Source: a virus (Duplodnaviria > Caudoviricetes). From it: a stretch of DNA of 45,945 bases. Position 1 is the stretch's first letter. Every line of letters starts with the position of its first letter. The position numbers and the translations under genes are program-made. The notes below the pieces were generated by a model. The model did no database searches, was not told the DNA's origin, and worked only from the letters and a program-made list of their open reading frames with translations. Shown here piece by piece: positions 7,613-16,415 of this stretch. Location of the stretch: IMG/VR virus record IMGVR_UViG_3300005764_000028, positions 1 to 45,945 of that record; one strand, 5' to 3'.

Positions 7613-9808
7613 TTACTGTCCGCCGCCCGCCTGCGGCACCGGGCTCGGCCGGGGCAGGAAGGGCAGCAGGTTCTGTGCGCTCGGCGCGGGCACCCCGCCG
7701 CCGCCTTGCTGGGCGCCGCCCTGCGGGGCGGGCGGCATCGGTCCGCCGCCGGGGCCGGGGATCGGCGGCGGCTGCGGGGCGTTGGCCTGCGCGGCCTGCA
7801 TCGCCTGGACGTGCAGCTGCTTGTGCTGCTCGATGATCGAGGACGCGGATTGCGCTTCGAGGTCGCCCAGTTCGGCCATCAACGCCAGCCGTGCCTGCTG
7901 CTGGTCGTGGACGCCGACGTGGACCTGCGCGTCGTCGGTCGGCGACACCGGCAGCAGCTTCAGCAGCCGGGTCATGATCACGTTCTCCAAAGCGGCCTTG
8001 TGCTGCTGGTCGGACTGCGCGTCCATCGCCGGTAGCTCCTGCGCCTGCCCGGCGTCGAGCGACGCCTTGTACCAGTCGAGCCACGCCGCCGGGTTCTGCT
8101 GCACCGCCCCGGCGTACAGCGCGGCCTGCCACAGGTCGGTGATCTTCTGAAGCTCGGCGCCCTGCGAGCGCGGCACCCCGCCGCCCTTGGCGGGCATCAC
8201 CATGTAGGCGTCGGGCACCATCGCCCGCTGGTACACGAGCAGCCGTAGCGCGCCCTTGTCGCCTTCGATCATCAGCTGCTTGCCGGGGGGCCACTGGTGC
8301 ATCGCCTCGATGGTGTCGCGGACGAGGTCGGCGACGCCCTGCTTGAACGAGGTGACGATCGGCCCCAGCTTCGTCTGGTCGTTCTCGGCCTGGAGCGCGA
8401 GCGCGGCGTACGGCGTCCCGGCGGGGGCGGTCGCGCCGACCGACTGGTCGTGCAGGCCGAGCGCCTGCTGGATGTCGGCGTCGCACTGCTGGATCGACTC
8501 CTGCATCCAGCCGCCCGGCCCGATCCCCTGGTCGATCGTCGGCTTCGTCGCCCCGGCCTTCAGCTTCACCAGTTCGAGCGGTGCCCCGGTCATCTCGCGG
8601 GGCTCGTCGCCCTCGGTGATGTACGTCTTCGGCAGCCCCCGGTCGATGACCTCGTCGGACTGCGAGATGCGCTTGTTGCGGACACGTTGCGGGCCGATGC
8701 CCGGCTCGATCAGCGCGCGGCCCCAGAAGCGCCGCTTCACCCTCCAGTAGCGGAAGTAGGTGATCCCGGCCCTCGGCCCCCACGGCGGCTGGTTGTACGG
8801 CAGGCTCTCGTCGAGGCCGAGGATCACGTCACCGGCCCAGATGCACGTCTGGCCGCGGGGGTGGTTCAGCGTCGGCCGCAGGTAGCCCGAGTACAGCAGC
8901 GCGTGGTTCTTCAGCTGGGTGCCCGTGGCTCCCGGCGCGAGCGGGGCGATCGAGCCGAGCACGCCGGTCGCCTCGATCTTCTCCTCGCGGATCAGCGCGG
9001 CCTTGTCCGGGTACGCCGACCTGAGCGTGTCAACGTGGACGGCGCGGCCGATCAGGTCGTACGGGAAGTCCTCGGGGTACTCGACTCCCGGAGGGGGAAG
9101 GATGTTCCACGGGGTGAGCCGCTCCCACGCGATCTGCCCTTCGCGGACGCTGCGGAGGTTCGACGGCTCGCCGTACTGCTGCCGGTCGGCGACGTAGGCG
9201 CGGGCGGCGCCGGGGTCGAGGATCGGCCGACCGGCCTGGAACGTCTGCTGGCTCCCGTTCTCCCCGTGGGTGTAGTCCTCGGTGGGGTGCGGCATCTCGC
9301 CGAGAAACAAGCCTTTGGAGCGGTCGTACCGGCAGCGTGTGCCCTCGGTGCCGTACACGGCGATCGTGAGCAGGATGTCCTCGCACGCGGCGTCGCCCTT
9401 CCACTCCTGCTCCCACCCCCACCCGTAGATGTCGTTCAGCGCGAGCGCGGCGAGCTTGCGGTCCTCGCCCTCGGTGACGGTGACCAGTTCGGGCCGGAAG
9501 TCGTCGGCGGCGAGCTTGCCCATCGCCGTCATCAGGTACTGGGTCAGCACGTCCGTTTCGAGGACGCTGCGTCCCTGCGAGCGGAGCGTCGAGCGCACGT
9601 CCTCGAGGGACCGTCGCGACCGGCCCGTCTCGTCGGTCCGCAGCCACTGGTTCCCGGCGGCGAACGCCTCGTTCAGCTTCCACTGCTGCTCGAACGGGCC
9701 GCGCGCCTCCAGGCTCTCGTCGCGCCGCTTCTTCCACTCGCGCAGCACCTTGTCGGGCGACTGCCGCGACCCGTCGGGAAGGTACACCTGCTGCTCCATC
9801 ACGCTCAC
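7613..9808 (-). CDS. Portal protein (podovirus/P22-like size) with a Q/P/G-rich tail
   Basis: 731 aa; GNQW, FWGRALIE-x-x-x-x-PQ-x-x-x-N, helical core and D-x-x-x-H-x-x-x-H tail; downstream of TerL. Confidence 0.85.
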   Translation of the reverse strand: MSVMEQQVYLPDGSRQSPDKVLREWKKRRDESLEARGPFEQQWKLNEAFAAGNQWLRTDETGRSRRSLEDVRSTLRSQGRSVLETDVLTQYLMTAMGKLAADDFRPELVTVTEGEDRKLAALALNDIYGWGWEQEWKGDAACEDILLTIAVYGTEGTRCRYDRSKGLFLGEMPHPTEDYTHGENGSQQTFQAGRPILDPGAARAYVADRQQYGEPSNLRSVREGQIAWERLTPWNILPPPGVEYPEDFPYDLIGRAVHVDTLRSAYPDKAALIREEKIEATGVLGSIAPLAPGATGTQLKNHALLYSGYLRPTLNHPRGQTCIWAGDVILGLDESLPYNQPPWGPRAGITYFRYWRVKRRFWGRALIEPGIGPQRVRNKRISQSDEVIDRGLPKTYITEGDEPREMTGAPLELVKLKAGATKPTIDQGIGPGGWMQESIQQCDADIQQALGLHDQSVGATAPAGTPYAALALQAENDQTKLGPIVTSFKQGVADLVRDTIEAMHQWPPGKQLMIEGDKGALRLLVYQRAMVPDAYMVMPAKGGGVPRSQGAELQKITDLWQAALYAGAVQQNPAAWLDWYKASLDAGQAQELPAMDAQSDQQHKAALENVIMTRLLKLLPVSPTDDAQVHVGVHDQQQARLALMAELGDLEAQSASSIIEQHKQLHVQAMQAAQANAPQPPPIPGPGGGPMPPAPQGGAQQGGGGVPAPSAQNLLPFLPRPSPVPQAGGGQ

Positions 9809-10056
9809 CAGACCGCCAACTCCTCATCGGGGTCGAGCGCCCGAGACGGGGTGGTGGACGGCTCGGGCGCTCTGCTGGGTGGGGGTGACCACGGCTTGTC
9901 GGCAAGGTGGGCCATGCGGTCGAGCAGGGCGGCGCGCTCGCGCTCCCACTGCTTCGCCTCGCGGGCGTGCTCGCGGCGCTCGTAGGCGATCAGCCTCGCG
10001 GACACGAGGAACGTCACGAGCCCGAAGGCGATCCCGGCGAGGGCGATTCCGATCAC
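9805..10056 (-). CDS. Small membrane-anchored coiled-coil protein (83 aa)
   Basis: GTG 10056 with GTGA overlaps at both ends; IGIALAGIAFGLVTFLVS hydrophobic helix then ERERAALLDRM. Confidence 0.7.
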   Translation of the reverse strand: MIGIALAGIAFGLVTFLVSARLIAYERREHAREAKQWERERAALLDRMAHLADKPWSPPPSRAPEPSTTPSRALDPDEELAVW

Positions 10057-10304
10057 ACGACCCACGTCGCTCTCGGGCTGTTCGCCTGTGCCGGCGCCTG
10101 CCGTCGTCCCGGCTTCGTCCGCGGCGCGAGCAGCTTCTGGATCGGCGGCGCCTGCGGCGAGCGGACACCGGTCCACGGCGAGTACAGCGGGTTGTACGGC
10201 TTCTTCGCGACCGTCTTGCCGACCGGGATCGGCGTGCCCCGGCGGGGCGGCTTGACCTTGTACACCGGGAACCCCGGCGGGTAGAAGCTCGGCGGGTGCC
10301 TCAC
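10053..10304 (-). CDS. Small basic proline-rich protein (83 aa)
   Basis: ORF track; 4-nt overlaps on both sides; GGAGG RBS. Confidence 0.55.
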   Translation of the reverse strand: MRHPPSFYPPGFPVYKVKPPRRGTPIPVGKTVAKKPYNPLYSPWTGVRSPQAPPIQKLLAPRTKPGRRQAPAQANSPRATWVV

Positions 10305-10627
10305 GTCTTCACCGCCTCCCTGACGATGTCTTCGAGCCCGCGCCTCGACACGAGGACACGGTCGGACGCCGACTCCAGCTGCCGCTTCGCCTCCATCAGT
10401 TCGGCGGTGCGCTCGGCGAGCGCCTCGGCGAGCGTGGCCGCGTCGTCAGCGGCGAGCATCCCGAAGCGGGCGCCCATCTGCACCGCGCACGTCGCGCAGA
10501 CGTACAGGTGGCCGTGCGGGTGCAGGTCGCGGCCCACGTCCACGAACCCGGCCGGGTCCTGGTGGCGCATGCACAGCACGCACGCCGTCGGCGACATCAG
10601 CGGGTCGGCGACGAAGAAGAAGTCCAT
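10301..10627 (-). CDS. Zn-binding (CxxC...CxxC) plus coiled-coil protein
   Basis: ATG 10627 (TGATG overlap); CVLC...CATC followed by heptad helix. Confidence 0.7.
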   Translation of the reverse strand: MDFFFVADPLMSPTACVLCMRHQDPAGFVDVGRDLHPHGHLYVCATCAVQMGARFGMLAADDAATLAEALAERTAELMEAKRQLESASDRVLVSRRGLEDIVREAVKT

Positions 10628-10860
10628 CAGCTGCCACCGCCCTCCCACGACCCGCCGACCGCCGGGTCGTGCCAACGCTCCGAGGTGGTGCCGACCGGCC
10701 TGCCGGTGTGGACCGACACCCGGTCGAGCATGTGCCTCGTCTCCAGCTGGTGCACACAGGCCCGCTCCAGCGTGATCACCCTGGCCTGCACGTCGAGCGC
10801 GATCGCCTCGACCCGCCCCAGCCGCGCCTCGATCTCGTCGTAGCGTTCCAGTTCGGTCAC
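10627..10860 (-). CDS. Hypothetical coiled-coil protein (77 aa)
   Basis: GTG 10860 with AAGGAGGAG RBS; TELERYDEIEARLGRVE... Confidence 0.6.
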   Translation of the reverse strand: MTELERYDEIEARLGRVEAIALDVQARVITLERACVHQLETRHMLDRVSVHTGRPVGTTSERWHDPAVGGSWEGGGS

Positions 10861-11006
10861 GGCTCCTCCTTCGGTCTGCGCTCGCCGCAGGATGGGCACT
10901 TCGCCCAGTGCGGCTTCAGGGTGACCCGGCAGCGCGGACAAGGCCAATCGCGCCGCGCCGCCGGGTCGATGCGCCTCCACGGCGCCACGTTGGAGTGCAG
11001 GCTCAC
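10857..11006 (-). CDS. 49-aa zinc-ribbon protein (RanBP2-like W-x-C-x2-C...C-x2-C)
   Basis: Read by hand (below the ORF-track cutoff): MSLHSNVAPWRRIDPAARRDWPCPRCRVTLKPHWAKCPSCGERRPKEEP; GTGA overlaps at both ends. Confidence 0.7.
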   Translation of the reverse strand: MSLHSNVAPWRRIDPAARRDWPCPRCRVTLKPHWAKCPSCGERRPKEEP

Positions 11007-11236
11007 GCCGCCTTCTCGGCGGCAGCGGTCGCGACCTTCTGCCGCTCCTCCTCGGCCGCGACCTCCTCGTCGGAGGGCGGCGCGTACAGCACCTGCGGCG
11101 GGCCGGGCGGCACCGTCGCGGGCTCCTCCGCGACGACCGGGCCGAGCCCGAGCGCCGCCTCGATCCGATCAAGCCTGTCCTCCACGCTCGGCTCGTCGTT
11201 CTTCTTCGTGTCCTTCTTCGTCGCCGTCTCGGCCAC
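11003..11236 (-). CDS. Hypothetical acidic protein (77 aa)
   Basis: ORF track; AGGAGGAG/GAGG RBS. Confidence 0.7.
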   Translation of the reverse strand: MAETATKKDTKKNDEPSVEDRLDRIEAALGLGPVVAEEPATVPPGPPQVLYAPPSDEEVAAEEERQKVATAAAEKAA

Positions 11237-11237
11237 C

Positions 11238-11405
11238 TCATCTCCTCCTTCGCTTGGAGGGCGCCAGCAGCTTGTGCAGCGCCCCGTGCTTGCCGTGCGA
11301 GAACTGGGGCAACGGCCCCTTGTTGTCGAAGTGATGCTTGCGAACCCAGGCGTGGCCGAACTTCCAGTTCAGGTACGCCCTCTGCTTCTGCGAGACGGCG
11401 GGCAT
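11238..11405 (-). CDS. Small basic protein, MPAVSQKQR-type phage family (DUF3008-like N-terminus)
   Basis: ATG 11405 with GGGAGG RBS; MP-x-x-S-x-x-Q-R start is common in small head-region phage proteins. Confidence 0.65.
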   Translation of the reverse strand: MPAVSQKQRAYLNWKFGHAWVRKHHFDNKGPLPQFSHGKHGALHKLLAPSKRRRR

Positions 11406-11438
11406 GCCGACCTCCCTGTCTGCGAAACTCGCGCGGTC

Positions 11439-11735
11439 GTGCGCCCCGAAGCCGGAAACACCGTCGAGCGTGCCGCCGACGCCGCCCTGGACGCGATCTA
11501 CGAGGCGCTCGGCTGCGAGCCCGACACGGTGATCGTGATCATCGGCGGCGCGACCGTGCCCGACGGCGAGCCGAACCACGTCACCGGGGGCGGCGGCAAG
11601 CTCGTCCCGGAAGACTTCGAGGAGCGGTCGTCGATGCTGCTGTCGGTGCTGCTGCTGCACGCGTCGTTCGTCGCCGAAGCCGCCGGGACGAACCTGCGGA
11701 TGCTGCTCGCCGAGCACTTCGGGGCCGAAGGGTGA
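11439..11735 (+). CDS. Hypothetical acidic protein inserted antisense after terL
   Basis: Fills the gap between the terL stop (11737) and 11405; high-GC3 codons on the + strand; start uncertain. Confidence 0.6.
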   Translation: MRPEAGNTVERAADAALDAIYEALGCEPDTVIVIIGGATVPDGEPNHVTGGGGKLVPEDFEERSSMLLSVLLLHASFVAEAAGTNLRMLLAEHFGAEG

Positions 11736-11736
11736 T

Positions 11737-14307
11737 TCACCACAGCACCGACGCCCCGGCCCGCTCGCGTGCCTGCTGGCCCTGCTGACGGCGCTGCCAG
11801 CGATACCAGCGCGCCGCCAGCCTCGGATCGTCCGGCGGCTGCTCCTCCCGCTCCCTCGCCCTGGCCTCGGGGGACAGCAGCCCGTAGCGCAGCGCGGCGT
11901 GGCTATTGTGGACGAGAACCCCGTTCGCGAAGAACTCGGGGCGTCCCGCGACGCTCAGGTTGTAAACATCAGCCGTTCCGGCGGGCCGCACCGAGACGAC
12001 CGCCGCACGAGCGAGAACACGTCCGCACACCCTCGTACCGGTTGCGGGTGAACTCGGCTCCGCAGACCACACAGATTCCTGTCTCGTCGTCAACGCGAGC
12101 GCGGCGCCTCCACCGTGACTTGCAGGCGTTGCAGCAGAACCGCGACCGGCCGGGAAACTTCGTCTCGTAGACGGTGCCGCACTCGTCGCAGGCACGCTCG
12201 ACCAGGGGAAGCGCGGCGAACATCCGGCGTCCCAACTCGCGGCCCAACTCCTGTCCCTCCGGGGTGCGGCGGAACTCGGCGTACGCAGCCGACGCGGCCC
12301 GGACATTACGCCGTCGTGCAGCCGTCTGAGCAGGCGTCGAGCCTCGTGAATGCTCGCCGAGATGTTCCTTGGCCTCCCGCAGCTGGAGATTCCCCAGGAC
12401 GTTGTTGAACGGGTCGCCGTCCACATGGTGGATGTGGTGGTCCTCGGGGATCGGGCCGTTCGCTCTCGACCACACCCTCCGCGCCCGCTTGTGAGCGTTG
12501 CGTTTCGCGGAAGCAGCAGGCATTCCGTACCGGAGCGTAGCCGACCTAGAGGCACCCACTCGCCGTCCGCGAGAACCGGGTGCGAATCGGTGCCGACGAC
12601 CGTCGTCCCGTCGGCCAGCGTCATCGCGAACACCTGCCTGCGGCCCGTCAGCCCCGCCGCGGCCACCCGCCGCCACCCGTCCCTTGTCAAGACCCGGTCG
12701 CCGACGCTCGCCTGCTCGATCGGCACCGGCCCCGACGCGGTGGTGACCAGCGTCCCCGCGACCAGACAGTGGCCGTACTCCGACTCCCACTTGCGGTCGA
12801 CGGCCTCGCCGCGGTCAACGTCGTTGTCGCCCGACGCGATCGGCGCGTCCACCAGCTGCTGCCACAGGTTGGGGCAACGGCTCTTCACGACGAAAAGCCT
12901 CGGCGCCCCCGTCTCCCCGTGCCTGGGATGCCACCGAGGGAAGAACCGGCGTGCCTGCGCCCCGCACGCCTCGCACCGCTGGCCCGGAAGCAACGGCTCC
13001 GTCGAGCAGCCGCACGAAGGCTCGAACAACTCTCGTAGGTGGACATACCCGGCCCTGCGCCTGTTGTTCCCCGGCTGCAACGCGAGCCCCAACCGCCGGT
13101 ACTCGTCCATCAGCGTCAGCGGGTCGCCGATCCGGCTCTCGACCGCGAGGCTCTCCTTCAGGCTGCCGGGGTCGCCCCAGCACACATGCCGCACCGCGTA
13201 CCCGTCCTCGTCACGGGCCTCCCACCACTCGCGCCGCCGCTCCAGGATCTCCACCGCGTGACGGCTGGCCGTACCCGGCGAGTAGTACTCGTCGGCCACC
13301 ACCACGTTCCCGTCGTAGTCGGTGAGGAACAGCAGCCACGCCGTCGGGTTCGTCACCCCGTGATCCATCCCCTCGTGCCTGCCCCAAAGCTCGATCAGCC
13401 TCAGGTCGAGCGGGTCGACGGCATGAACGTCCTCGCTCAACTCGGGGTAGGCCTGCCCCTCGAACGCCTCCCAGTCACCATCGAGCAGCTGCGCGGCAAG
13501 AGCAGGATGAAGCTTCTTCAAACTCGCCTCGTACGCCTTCTGATCGACGTGCGGGTTGTCCGACAGCCTCGCCGGGATGAACACCCTGCCCTGAGGAAGC
13601 CTCCTCGCGGACGGCAGGTCGAACCGCTTCTTCACCCAGCCGTGGCCGATCCCGCCGGGGTTACTGGCCGCGCACATCCTGAGCGGCACCTTCCGCAGCG
13701 CGAGCTTCCACGGATCAGTCGCCTTGTCGTAGGTCGCGTCCGGGTGGATTGTGCACGGCCAACTGTTCTCACACTCGCTGCACTTGATCGCAGGACGCCG
13801 CAATCGAGAGAAAAGGTAGGTGTATTGGCCCTCGCTGAACTGCGTCAACTCGTCGAACCCGACGTACTGAAACTCCGCGGACTGATAGCGGTACTTATCG
13901 TCCTCCGCACGCAGATACGCAAAAGCAAGTGACGCACCACTGGGGAAAGTCCACGTCTTCTGCGTCTCGTTCCAACTCGCGTCACTGCCCTTCAACCACT
14001 CCTTGCTCCTGCTCATGATCGCCCCGGCCAGCGCAAGATCGGTGTAACTCCTCCTGAAAACGATCGCCGCGTACCCCTGCAAATCCGTCCACTCCAACGC
14101 ACCATCGAGAAGCCAATCGCTCTTCCCGCCGCCCGCCGCCCCCCCGTAGAACACCTCGGACGGCTCCCCTGGTGGCATAAACCGGTGAGCCACCAAGGCA
14201 GCAGCCTGCTTCGGGCTCGGATTGTGCCTCGCGTACTTGCTGCGCCTCGGCGTCACCAGCGCCTGCGCCGACTCGTCGCCCAGCGCGTCCGCCCAGTCAG
14301 CTTCCAT
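11737..14307 (-). CDS. terL: Terminase large subunit (intein-containing)
   Basis: Walker A YGGAAGGGKS, Walker B VGFDELTQF, ASNPGG, DNPH, nuclease motifs GMDHG and WGDP, terminal ALRY. Confidence 0.95.
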   Translation of the reverse strand: MEADWADALGDESAQALVTPRRSKYARHNPSPKQAAALVAHRFMPPGEPSEVFYGGAAGGGKSDWLLDGALEWTDLQGYAAIVFRRSYTDLALAGAIMSRSKEWLKGSDASWNETQKTWTFPSGASLAFAYLRAEDDKYRYQSAEFQYVGFDELTQFSEGQYTYLFSRLRRPAIKCSECENSWPCTIHPDATYDKATDPWKLALRKVPLRMCAASNPGGIGHGWVKKRFDLPSARRLPQGRVFIPARLSDNPHVDQKAYEASLKKLHPALAAQLLDGDWEAFEGQAYPELSEDVHAVDPLDLRLIELWGRHEGMDHGVTNPTAWLLFLTDYDGNVVVADEYYSPGTASRHAVEILERRREWWEARDEDGYAVRHVCWGDPGSLKESLAVESRIGDPLTLMDEYRRLGLALQPGNNRRRAGYVHLRELFEPSCGCSTEPLLPGQRCEACGAQARRFFPRWHPRHGETGAPRLFVVKSRCPNLWQQLVDAPIASGDNDVDRGEAVDRKWESEYGHCLVAGTLVTTASGPVPIEQASVGDRVLTRDGWRRVAAAGLTGRRQVFAMTLADGTTVVGTDSHPVLADGEWVPLGRLRSGTECLLLPRNATLTSGRGGCGRERTARSPRTTTSTMWTATRSTTSWGISSCGRPRNISASIHEARRLLRRLHDGVMSGPRRLRTPSSAAPRRDRSWAASWDAGCSPRFPWSSVPATSAAPSTRRSFPAGRGSAATPASHGGGAALALTTRQESVWSAEPSSPATGTRVCGRVLARAAVVSVRPAGTADVYNLSVAGRPEFFANGVLVHNSHAALRYGLLSPEARAREREEQPPDDPRLAARWYRWQRRQQGQQARERAGASVLW
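11905..12768 (-). mobile_element. Intein (288 aa) in the TerL nuclease domain
   Basis: Block A CLVAGTLV, block B GTDSHPV, block F VYNLSV..PEFFANG, block G VLVHN followed by +1 Ser. Confidence 0.95.
11969..12523 (-). CDS. HNH endonuclease with C-terminal Zn fingers, encoded in an alternative frame inside the intein
   Basis: ATG 12523; RRVW...NGPIPEDHHIHHVDGDPFNNVLGNL...EH; CDEC..FCCNAC; CVVC..TCSRSC. Confidence 0.88.
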   Translation of the reverse strand: MPAASAKRNAHKRARRVWSRANGPIPEDHHIHHVDGDPFNNVLGNLQLREAKEHLGEHSRGSTPAQTAARRRNVRAASAAYAEFRRTPEGQELGRELGRRMFAALPLVERACDECGTVYETKFPGRSRFCCNACKSRWRRRARVDDETGICVVCGAEFTRNRYEGVRTCSRSCGGRLGAARRNG

Positions 14308-15157
14308 CTGACAGCCGCCCAGGGGCGACAAGCCCAGCCTCGTGCAGAACATCCAGCACCGCCGCATGATCAACGCTCACAGACACCGACTGGATCGGCC
14401 CACCCCGCGGGCCACTCACCTGAAGGCGCTCCGCGTACCGGTCAGGCCGCCTAGCCCTCAACTGCTCACTGAGGAGTCTGTCCGCAGAGGCTCGTGACTT
14501 CCCCTGAAACGACCTGCTCCACGCCTCGTCCTCCAGAATGTCCGCCGCCGCCGCATACGCCCGGTCGTACGCATCCCTGAACTGGACATCCTCATCCAGA
14601 AGCTCCTGAAACAACCTCCGCGGCACACCCAACTCCCCCGCCGCCCACGACGCCGACCTTCCCTCCGAGACAAGCCTCAAAAACTCGCTCCGCTCATCCC
14701 GCGACAACGGCCTGTACGGACTCTTGAAGCTCGGACTCGGGCCTGACCTCACGTTCCTCGGAGCCCTCACCTCCACCTCGGGCGGGCCAACCACCACATG
14801 CTCCACAGGCGAACCAACACCAAGCCCCGGAGTGATGATCCTGAGCCTATCCGGCCCCTCAGTCGTCCCCGTCGCCTCCCTGAACTTGTGCTTCCTCTGT
14901 GATTTCGACGGGCCCGAGCGCGTGCTGGGGGAGACTCTGGGAGCGGAGCCCGCATGAGACTCTTCGCGGGCCTGCGCCCCCCCACCGGGGGGCGTGCCTG
15001 CGGGCGTCGCGCTCGCCGCGACGCGCTTGCCATGCGACGACGGTGCGCGAGGCGGCGAAGCCGCCGGCGTGCGGTCGTCACGCAGCGCAGCGGGCGACTG
15101 GCTGGCTCTCTGCTCAGCAGCAGCCCGCGCTCGACGAGCTTGCTCGGCTCGGCTCAA
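14297..15157 (-). CDS. terS: Terminase small subunit with a long low-complexity N-terminal extension
   Basis: HTH-like FLRLVSEGRSASWAAGELGV, D-x-x-F-x-x-AY...LEDEAW-x-R, SG-x-x-GGPI tail; directly upstream of terL; TTG start with GGGGAGG RBS (start uncertain). Confidence 0.8.
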   Translation of the reverse strand: MSRAEQARRARAAAEQRASQSPAALRDDRTPAASPPRAPSSHGKRVAASATPAGTPPGGGAQAREESHAGSAPRVSPSTRSGPSKSQRKHKFREATGTTEGPDRLRIITPGLGVGSPVEHVVVGPPEVEVRAPRNVRSGPSPSFKSPYRPLSRDERSEFLRLVSEGRSASWAAGELGVPRRLFQELLDEDVQFRDAYDRAYAAAADILEDEAWSRSFQGKSRASADRLLSEQLRARRPDRYAERLQVSGPRGGPIQSVSVSVDHAAVLDVLHEAGLVAPGRLSDGS

Positions 15158-15484
15158 CGTGCCTCCCCTGGTTGGCTAGTGGTTGGGCGCTCGACGACGA
15201 CGAGGCGCAAACCCGCATGGATACTGGGCTGGCCGCATTCCCGTAGAGACTTCGGCCGCACTGCATGCGCCTCGGAATCGGCTACTAGTGCATGCGAAAG
15301 CCCGTTACCGCCGAACCCGCCGATGATGCCTGACGCTCGGCCCCTGATCCCAGGTGGGGAGAGGGTATCTACTCCAAACCGGTGAGGCAAGATCCCCCGT
15401 TTGGGGTATGGTTTTTGTCGGAATGCCTGACGAATATCAGTGCAACGGGCCGCGACGGGCGGCGCTGTCACGAGAGGAAGCGCA

Positions 15485-15703
15485 ATGTTCACTGTCCTGA
15501 ACTACTCGATTAGCAGGGATTTCATCGCTTCGGTGCATCGCACGGGCTGCAAGGACATCGAGCGTGATGCCCGCGAGCATGCTGCGATTCCGTACTTCGG
15601 TTTCGCCACGGTCGCGGAGGCGCTGGCGGACTACATCGACGGCGAGATGGCTGAGATGGGCTACTCGGCGGACGACGTGAAGGTCTATTCCTGCTGCCGC
15701 TAG
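15485..15703 (+). CDS. Early hypothetical protein (72 aa; H-x-x-GC...C motif)
   Basis: ATG 15485 after GAGAGGAAG; MFTVLNYS...VHRTGCKDI...YSCCR. Confidence 0.75.
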   Translation: MFTVLNYSISRDFIASVHRTGCKDIERDAREHAAIPYFGFATVAEALADYIDGEMAEMGYSADDVKVYSCCR

Positions 15704-15755
15704 GACGAAACGCCCTACGGGGCGTCCGCGGGTGAGTGCCCGCGCTGATGAGTCC
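15703..15755 (+). ncRNA. Type II hammerhead ribozyme 1
   Basis: GGAC-GAAA-CGCCC TACG GGGCG-TC^-CGCGGGT GAGT GCCCGCG-CTGATGA-GTCC: full core (CUGAUGA, GAAA, GUC) and three stems; predicted cleavage after C15726. Confidence 0.93.
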
Positions 15756-15777
15756 AAACGAGAGGAAGGGTGTTTCC

Positions 15778-16080
15778 ATGTTGTCTGGTCGTACGGAAGC
15801 TTGCGAGATCATGCAGGCTGCGAGGAACCTGGGCGAGCAGCCCGATTCGCTGCTTGCTGCGTGCGAGGCGGTCTACATGAACGGCTTCGCTGATCGCGTC
15901 GGCGGTGATGTCGAGTCGCCGACGGGCCACTTCTACATGGTCGGCCGTTGGCTCGTTGTCACTGACGATCAGGGCTTCCATGCCCTGCATTCGTTCGTTG
16001 ACGATCGCGCGGCCGAGGCTACGTTCGATGAGTGGGAGTCCTACTTCGTGAAGTGGGACGACGCTGAGGGGGGGTGCTAG
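15778..16080 (+). CDS. Early hypothetical acidic protein (100 aa)
   Basis: ATG 15778 after GAGAGGAAGG; D-x-x-GDVESPTGHF...TDDQGF motif. Confidence 0.75.
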   Translation: MLSGRTEACEIMQAARNLGEQPDSLLAACEAVYMNGFADRVGGDVESPTGHFYMVGRWLVVTDDQGFHALHSFVDDRAAEATFDEWESYFVKWDDAEGGC

Positions 16081-16415
16081 CGGTGGCTTGGTCTTGGAGT
16101 CATACGGCCGAGGCGTACGCAGCGGCGTACGCGAACTGCTGCGAGCTTCCGTTGGAGACGTTGCAGGTGATCGCTGCGGAGTGGGAGGCTGTGCGCCCGG
16201 ACGAGTCGGACGCGGATTTCGAGGGTTTCTCCCATCGGGTCTATGAGTCGGCGCTTGCCCGGATCAAGCGCGAGGAACTGTCTGCCGATCTGCTCGCCGA
16301 TCTGGTTTGGGAGCAGGCAAGCGAGCAGGCTACGTGCGACAACGGCGGCTGGGCGGCGTGGTTGTGTCCGTTTGGCTGCGGCTGCCATTCGGTGCAGTTC
16401 GATCGGGCGGCCTAG
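16074..16415 (+). CDS. Early hypothetical acidic protein (113 aa) with Cys/His-rich C-terminus
   Basis: ORF track; AWSWSHT-x-EAY...TCDNGGW-x-AWLCPFGCGCH. Confidence 0.75.
   Translation: MLAVAWSWSHTAEAYAAAYANCCELPLETLQVIAAEWEAVRPDESDADFEGFSHRVYESALARIKREELSADLLADLVWEQASEQATCDNGGWAAWLCPFGCGCHSVQFDRAA

Noticed and set aside
15416-15440. CTGACGA that could be a third hammerhead core
   Set aside because: No matching GAAA with stems II/III nearby; it fits better as one arm of a small TTGTCGG/CTGACGA hairpin in the promoter region
15154-15492. 112-aa minus-strand ORF upstream of terS
   Set aside because: Atypical codon usage, no RBS or motif; the stretch looks like the divergent promoter/packaging region
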